Shown: positions 59,461-64,000 of the stretch, piece after piece
Numbering within the stretch: position 1 is the stretch's first letter
Layout of the letters: the number at the start of each line of letters is the position of its first letter
Source: Armatimonadota bacterium
Lineage (GTDB): Bacteria; Armatimonadota; HRBIN16
DNA: 64,000 nt
Reading direction: 5' to 3'
NCBI GenBank assembly: GCA_963677485.1
Contig: OY781964.1
Coordinates: forward strand, 3,968,001 to 4,032,000
Translations under genes and position numbers: made by a program
Notes under the pieces: generated by a model
The model's database searches: none
What the model was told of the DNA's origin: nothing
Seen by the model: only the letters and a program-made list of their open reading frames with translations

Positions 59461-60387
59461 CTACAAAACTAATTTGTCAAAGTGCAGCCTGAGTATTCCC
59501 TGAAACTTTACCATTTTTGCGATCATCTCGGTTTGAATTTCATCCCATCTTTCAATGTCAAGAAGCCCACCAATGCTGATAGTGTATGCGATCCGAAAGC
59601 CACGTTTGCCTTCAAGCTTCCCCCACTCTAGTGGTTGCCCAAATGCATTTTTGATTTGGTCACTGCGTTCATGGAAGTGCCGGAATAATACTTCATTCTC
59701 TGCTTCGGTCGGGTATCTATCGATATACAACTCGATTCGGGCGCTGTTGCGCAGAATTACATAACAGAACATCAAACCACTTAACCCTTGTTTTGTATCA
59801 AACCAGTGTTTGTTACCAGGTGATATGTGGGGTGGTAATGCAATTTGACGTTTCCTAAGTTGTTCTATGAGACAATTCCAAAAGTGCGTATGATTTTCAT
59901 TTGGGATAGCTGTGATCTCGTCACCAGGACCCATGATAAGTGTGAGCTTCAATGCCGGGAGCGAATTACCGATCGCCGCGGCCTCCAGGCTTAACAGGTA
60001 GAAGTCTGCGGTTTGAAGTTGGTTCAGCAAGCCTATTGCCTCGACATGCTCTGGTCTCGCACGTTCCACTATCCACACCGCAGTCATAGCTTTTGATGCC
60101 GCAAGATATGTAATGAGTTTACCGAGATGATCATGGTTGCTATCCCCAAATTGATTTTCCACGACAATTGTGTTTCCTAATTCATCTCTTCCAACAAGAT
60201 CAACCCGGAAGTTTCCTGTCGATTGTTCAGCCCATAGATCCGCTACCGATATGCCTATTGCATCACCTAGAAACTTCGGATTTTGTGCTAACCATTTCGT
60301 AAACTCCGTCTCTTTTTGATCACAGATATCTCTTATGTTTACTGCCCTGAATTGTCCAATCTCTTTCACATCTTCACTCCATGTCAT
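59461..60387 (-). CDS. DUF4268-domain protein with N-terminal NucS/PD-(D/E)xK-like nuclease domain
   Basis: E..FT.WL..N, E...G.F.VD, ENQ....NHDHLGKL.TY; C-terminal FW..ELYI..I...FG..LEW..L..K. Visibly AT-richer than its flanks. Confidence 0.8.
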   Translation of the reverse strand: MTWSEDVKEIGQFRAVNIRDICDQKETEFTKWLAQNPKFLGDAIGISVADLWAEQSTGNFRVDLVGRDELGNTIVVENQFGDSNHDHLGKLITYLAASKAMTAVWIVERARPEHVEAIGLLNQLQTADFYLLSLEAAAIGNSLPALKLTLIMGPGDEITAIPNENHTHFWNCLIEQLRKRQIALPPHISPGNKHWFDTKQGLSGLMFCYVILRNSARIELYIDRYPTEAENEVLFRHFHERSDQIKNAFGQPLEWGKLEGKRGFRIAYTISIGGLLDIERWDEIQTEMIAKMVKFQGILRLHFDKLVL

Positions 60388-60418
60388 CGTCGTAATAGTA
60401 AATCCTTGCTGTGTGACG

Positions 60419-61987
60419 CTATAACTCCCACGTGGTCTGCACGCCTTGGGCGTGCAACAGACGCCGGAACTCACCAAACAACTCCCCATCCGCACGCACA
60501 TCGGATGGCCGGCAGCCTTGGCCGAGGCAGAACGCGGCGAGCAGGCCGGCGGACTCGCCGATGTTCCACTCCACAGGATGCAGCCGGTAGCAGCCGTTGG
60601 TGATGTGCGTGACCCCGATGTTCTTGCAGGCGGGGATGAGGTTCTTCAGTCGCACAGGGATCAGCGCACCCAGCGGGATGGTGAAGGGCAGGGTAGGGAT
60701 GCTGAAGGCCGCGGCCCCGCCAGCCCCGTTATGGATGTCGATGGTGTATGAGCCCACGCCCACGCTGTCCCAGAAGGCCGGGCTGACCGCCGCGCCTTCG
60801 CGGCCTGTGGCACTCACATGCTGCTCCAGCACGGTGAATTCTGCTTGAATACGGCGGCTTTCGCGATGGTAGGGTGCCATGGCCAGACCATCCGCGGTTC
60901 CGCTCAAGTCGGGCCGGAGCTGCACGCCAGGCCAGCCGATGCCGCCATCGGGACGGGGTGCCTCGTTTTGAAGCCAGTAGACCAGGCTGAGGGTCAGCTC
61001 CTTACTGGCCTGAAGGTGGTGCTGCACGACATCCTCTGGCTGATCGATGATGTTGCCACATACGTAGTCATTCTGGGGCCAGTTGACCACGGTGGCTTCT
61101 TGCGGCTGATGGTCCGGCAAATAGTGCTGATGACAGACGATTCGGCGGTAGGTGAAGAAGCTGCCGTAAAACCCCTCCGGGCCGTCGTCCAGCAGCGTCC
61201 ACTCCTGGGCTTCACCCCGATGGTTGTAGGTAGTCCAGTCCAGCAAACCGTTGCGCCAACCGGGAGGCACGATGTCGCGCCAGTGCTCGTAGCTGGCTGG
61301 CTTCTCGATCGGATGAGGTTTATGGGGGTCGTAGCCCAGCGGCGCACACCAAGTGATGCTCTGTACCTGGTCAGGTTGAGCGTCGCCGGTGGGGGCGTGC
61401 GGTTCACCCGTCTGGCTCTGGCTTTCGGCTCCGGTGGTATATTCGGTGCCGGTGATCGGAAGCAGATCACCCAGCTCGGTGGCATCCAGCACATAGCGTG
61501 CCTGTATGACCAGCCGATCGCCGCCTGTTGAACTCTTAAAACTAACGGCTGTGACGGTGTCGCGGTCCATATCGGCTGAGACGGGCTCATACCCGTAGAA
61601 AAGCTGCAGTTTTCCACTAGCTACATACGGCTGCAAGCTCTGCATCAACACTTGGTGGGCGATTGCTGGTTCGTGGCAGAGTCGAGAGACCCAGCCTTCG
61701 CCGGGGTTCAACAGCGGGTTAGTCATCGCGGTATGGTTCAGACGGCGGTTTTGCCTGTAGTACTCCCGGACACCGGTCCGGAACTGTCGATAGCGCGCGG
61801 TCGCTCCCTGGGTTTCGATATGGCGGTGCTCATCTGGAGGAACCGCCTGACTGCTGAGCTGACCTCCCACCCAGGATGTGGGCTCCGTCATGATGACCCG
61901 GTAACCCAGATCACAAGCGCTGAGCGCCGCCGCTGTTCCGCCGGTGCCCGCACCGACGATAAGTATGTCGCATGTGAGTTCTATCAT
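60419..61987 (-). CDS. FAD-dependent oxidoreductase (Pfam FAD_oxidored-like)
   Basis: DILIVGAGTGG.AAA, GGQL.SQAVPPDE, DATELGD, RESRR, CKNIG.THITNGCYRLHPVEWNIGE. Confidence 0.9.
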   Translation of the reverse strand: MIELTCDILIVGAGTGGTAAALSACDLGYRVIMTEPTSWVGGQLSSQAVPPDEHRHIETQGATARYRQFRTGVREYYRQNRRLNHTAMTNPLLNPGEGWVSRLCHEPAIAHQVLMQSLQPYVASGKLQLFYGYEPVSADMDRDTVTAVSFKSSTGGDRLVIQARYVLDATELGDLLPITGTEYTTGAESQSQTGEPHAPTGDAQPDQVQSITWCAPLGYDPHKPHPIEKPASYEHWRDIVPPGWRNGLLDWTTYNHRGEAQEWTLLDDGPEGFYGSFFTYRRIVCHQHYLPDHQPQEATVVNWPQNDYVCGNIIDQPEDVVQHHLQASKELTLSLVYWLQNEAPRPDGGIGWPGVQLRPDLSGTADGLAMAPYHRESRRIQAEFTVLEQHVSATGREGAAVSPAFWDSVGVGSYTIDIHNGAGGAAAFSIPTLPFTIPLGALIPVRLKNLIPACKNIGVTHITNGCYRLHPVEWNIGESAGLLAAFCLGQGCRPSDVRADGELFGEFRRLLHAQGVQTTWEL

Positions 61988-62108
61988 GAGGAGATTATAC
62001 CCCAGGTGAGCGGCCTGTGGGAAAAAGTCACTACCATGCTTTTTGTGAGTTATATCGAACTTAATGGTCCGTGATGCAGCTGATCCCATTACCACCTCAA
62101 AAAAGGAT

Positions 62109-62202
62109 CGACCCACTTCGGGGTAGCAATACTGCACATTCCACCACGGGTTACGCTAACGCTCACCCGTGGCTGTAAGGAATCTTACCCACTTCGTGGG
62201 TG
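62109..62202. repeat. Composite REP-like palindrome
   Basis: CGACCCACTTCGGGGT (exact copy at 15725-15740), central CCACGGGTtacgctaacgctcACCCGTGG hairpin, then ACCCACTTCGTGGGT. Confidence 0.65.
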
Positions 62203-62381
62203 TCCGGAGGGTGTCTCCCGCCAATTGTCCTATGCAGAATTAAACTTTGACATGATGATCATATGGCTGAATAGCTACTGAAAAGTGAGATACTTAACTG
62301 CTTGAGGGTAATATGATACAGATGCCACATAACAATTGTGGCTCACGACGATATTCAATGTGACCCGATGAGGAGAGCTCA

Positions 62382-63692
62382 ATGCACCCAATATTGCTAC
62401 TGATGCTGATTACGATGACTTGCCTTCTTAGCTCAATCGGCCATGCCGCAAAGCCAGGTTTCGCGAATCCGAAGCTGGTTGAGGAGGTCATGTCAGGCAA
62501 ACGGACGGAAGCGTGTGTGTCGTGGTGGGGCTTTGACGCCAAGGATTCCACGGAATTTCTGCAAAGCGCGATTAACTCCAAAGTCCCAAAGCTCATTGTA
62601 GATAAACAAGCCTCCGCCTGGGTGACTCGGCCGCTGACGGGAGTGAGCAACCAGCAGATCGTGTTCGCCAAGGGCACGGAACTGGTGGCCAAGAAAGGCG
62701 CATTCCAGTCACGTGATGAATGTCTCTTTTCATTTCAAGAGTGTGAGAATGTGACCCTTCGCGGGGAACGTAAAGACCGTGGGAAGTCGGCGCACATCCG
62801 CATGAATAAGGCGGATTACCAGTCCTCAGCCTACGAAAAGTCGGAGTGGCGGCACGGATTGGCGCTCTACGGATGCCGGAATGTGCTGATTCAAGACCTC
62901 ACGATTGAAGAGACGGGTGGCGATGCCATCTACCTGGGTGCCGCTTTTGGCAAAGGCCCGAACGAAAATGTGGTGATCAGACGCGTGGACTGTAACAACA
63001 ACCACCGCCAGGGCATCAGCGTCATCACCGCCAAGAACCTAACCATTGATGACTGCTGGCTGCGAAATACCAGCGGAACGGCACCTGAGGCTGGCATCGA
63101 CTTCGAGCCGAACAGCCCGAAGGAGTTCCTTGTGAACTGCGTGGTTCGCAAATGTGTCTCCGAAGGAAACAGTGGGTCGGGCTTCTTGATAGTGCCGCAG
63201 CAGATGAACAGCAGTTCGGAACCGGTGTCTATCACCATTGAAGACTGCGTGAGCCGCGGGAACAAGCAGCACGCCATCCATTTGTGCGGCAATCCTAAGG
63301 ATGCTGCTGGTGGGTCGCTGCGGGTGAATAGGTTCAAATCCAGCGATGACAGCATGGCCGGATTGTCCGTTCAATTCAACTATAACGGTCTGCGTGTTGA
63401 ACTGACGAATTCGGCGTTTCTGGGCAGTGCCGTAGGGGATACCTTCTTCGCACCATTCTACCTTCAGGATGTGGGCTCAGAGAACCCGCCTGCGGGGGTC
63501 ATCAGCTTCAGCCGCGTGACAGTGAAAGATGAACTCGACCGGCCGATTATTCGGGTGCGTGGACATAAGGGCAGCGGACAGGAAGATATCACGGGTGGTA
63601 TCACCCTGGAGCGCATGATGCGTACCGAACGACTTAAAGTGGACAAAGCCTTGCTTCAGAAATATGTGGAGCAGCGGCCTGACTGGAAATGA
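62382..63692 (+). CDS. Secreted right-handed beta-helix (pectin lyase-like) protein
   Basis: Signal peptide; DST..LQ.AI.S, EWRH, GGDAIY, N.RQGISVI, GTAP.AGIDFEPN. Confidence 0.85.
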   Translation: MHPILLLMLITMTCLLSSIGHAAKPGFANPKLVEEVMSGKRTEACVSWWGFDAKDSTEFLQSAINSKVPKLIVDKQASAWVTRPLTGVSNQQIVFAKGTELVAKKGAFQSRDECLFSFQECENVTLRGERKDRGKSAHIRMNKADYQSSAYEKSEWRHGLALYGCRNVLIQDLTIEETGGDAIYLGAAFGKGPNENVVIRRVDCNNNHRQGISVITAKNLTIDDCWLRNTSGTAPEAGIDFEPNSPKEFLVNCVVRKCVSEGNSGSGFLIVPQQMNSSSEPVSITIEDCVSRGNKQHAIHLCGNPKDAAGGSLRVNRFKSSDDSMAGLSVQFNYNGLRVELTNSAFLGSAVGDTFFAPFYLQDVGSENPPAGVISFSRVTVKDELDRPIIRVRGHKGSGQEDITGGITLERMMRTERLKVDKALLQKYVEQRPDWK

Positions 63693-63966
63693 CCAGTAGG
63701 TAGCCTGTGGCTGTGTATTGACACATGGGCAGGCTTAGAGAGATCATGCACAAACTCACCATACTTGCTGCCGCGACATAAATGTCTCGGCTACTGACAA
63801 TCAAGACCGTTGAAACGGTCTGCGGTGCTTCGTGTCGTGATTGGCAACGTTGTTTAGACTGCTTCAGCAGTCTTGTTGATCAAGAACCGAGACATTTATG
63901 TCGCGGCAAGGTGCTTCCGTTACATTTGTGGGTCATAGACTGGCTTATAAACCGTCGCTGTAATTC

Positions 63967-63991
63967 GTAGGGATGGGCCTTGTGCCCATCC
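63967..63991 (+). repeat. GTAG-family REP hairpin
   Basis: GTAGGGATGGGC-CTTGT-GCCCATCC. Confidence 0.7.
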
Positions 63992-64000
63992 GAAATCATG

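Noticed and set aside
63782-63970. 62-aa ORF near the window end
   Set aside because: No SD, no recognisable motif, ends in a REP; not supported as a gene.

Overview
Bacterial chromosomal window of moderate GC. An Armatimonadota-like source is inferred, without a search, from the HAF-repeat/dockerin protein, hfq, glnE, Hox hydrogenase, futalosine and DapL pathways, and many orphan secreted CAZyme-like genes. Core genes: amidase plus LysM gene, hoxEFUYH bidirectional [NiFe] hydrogenase, aroC, eno-ftsB-like, SPFH-crcB, der-glnE-plsY, abfA, galK with a nucleotidyltransferase, tandem amtB, miaA-hfq-dapF-dapL-hflX, mntP, mqnD, tRNA-Arg(CCG) and folB. Accessory blocks lie at about 21.3-31.6 kb and 50.3-63.7 kb. 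Most notable: (1) a likely three-gene operon encoding a lipoprotein with a TNT/Tse6-like NAD+-consuming motif set, a small orphan, and a 1228-aa secreted beta-helix/LamG/nucleoside-hydrolase fusion, plus a cytoplasmic nucleoside-hydrolase paralogue nearby; (2) a LamG domain nested inside another LamG domain; (3) three co-oriented copies of a ~240-290 nt element with nested inverted repeats and a conserved non-palindromic tail; (4) a presenilin/SPP-like membrane protein with a GPAD motif; (5) conserved ~150-nt leaders in front of both amtB genes. No CRISPR array, rRNA, integrase or transposase was seen. All calls come from reading motifs by eye; no database searches were run.
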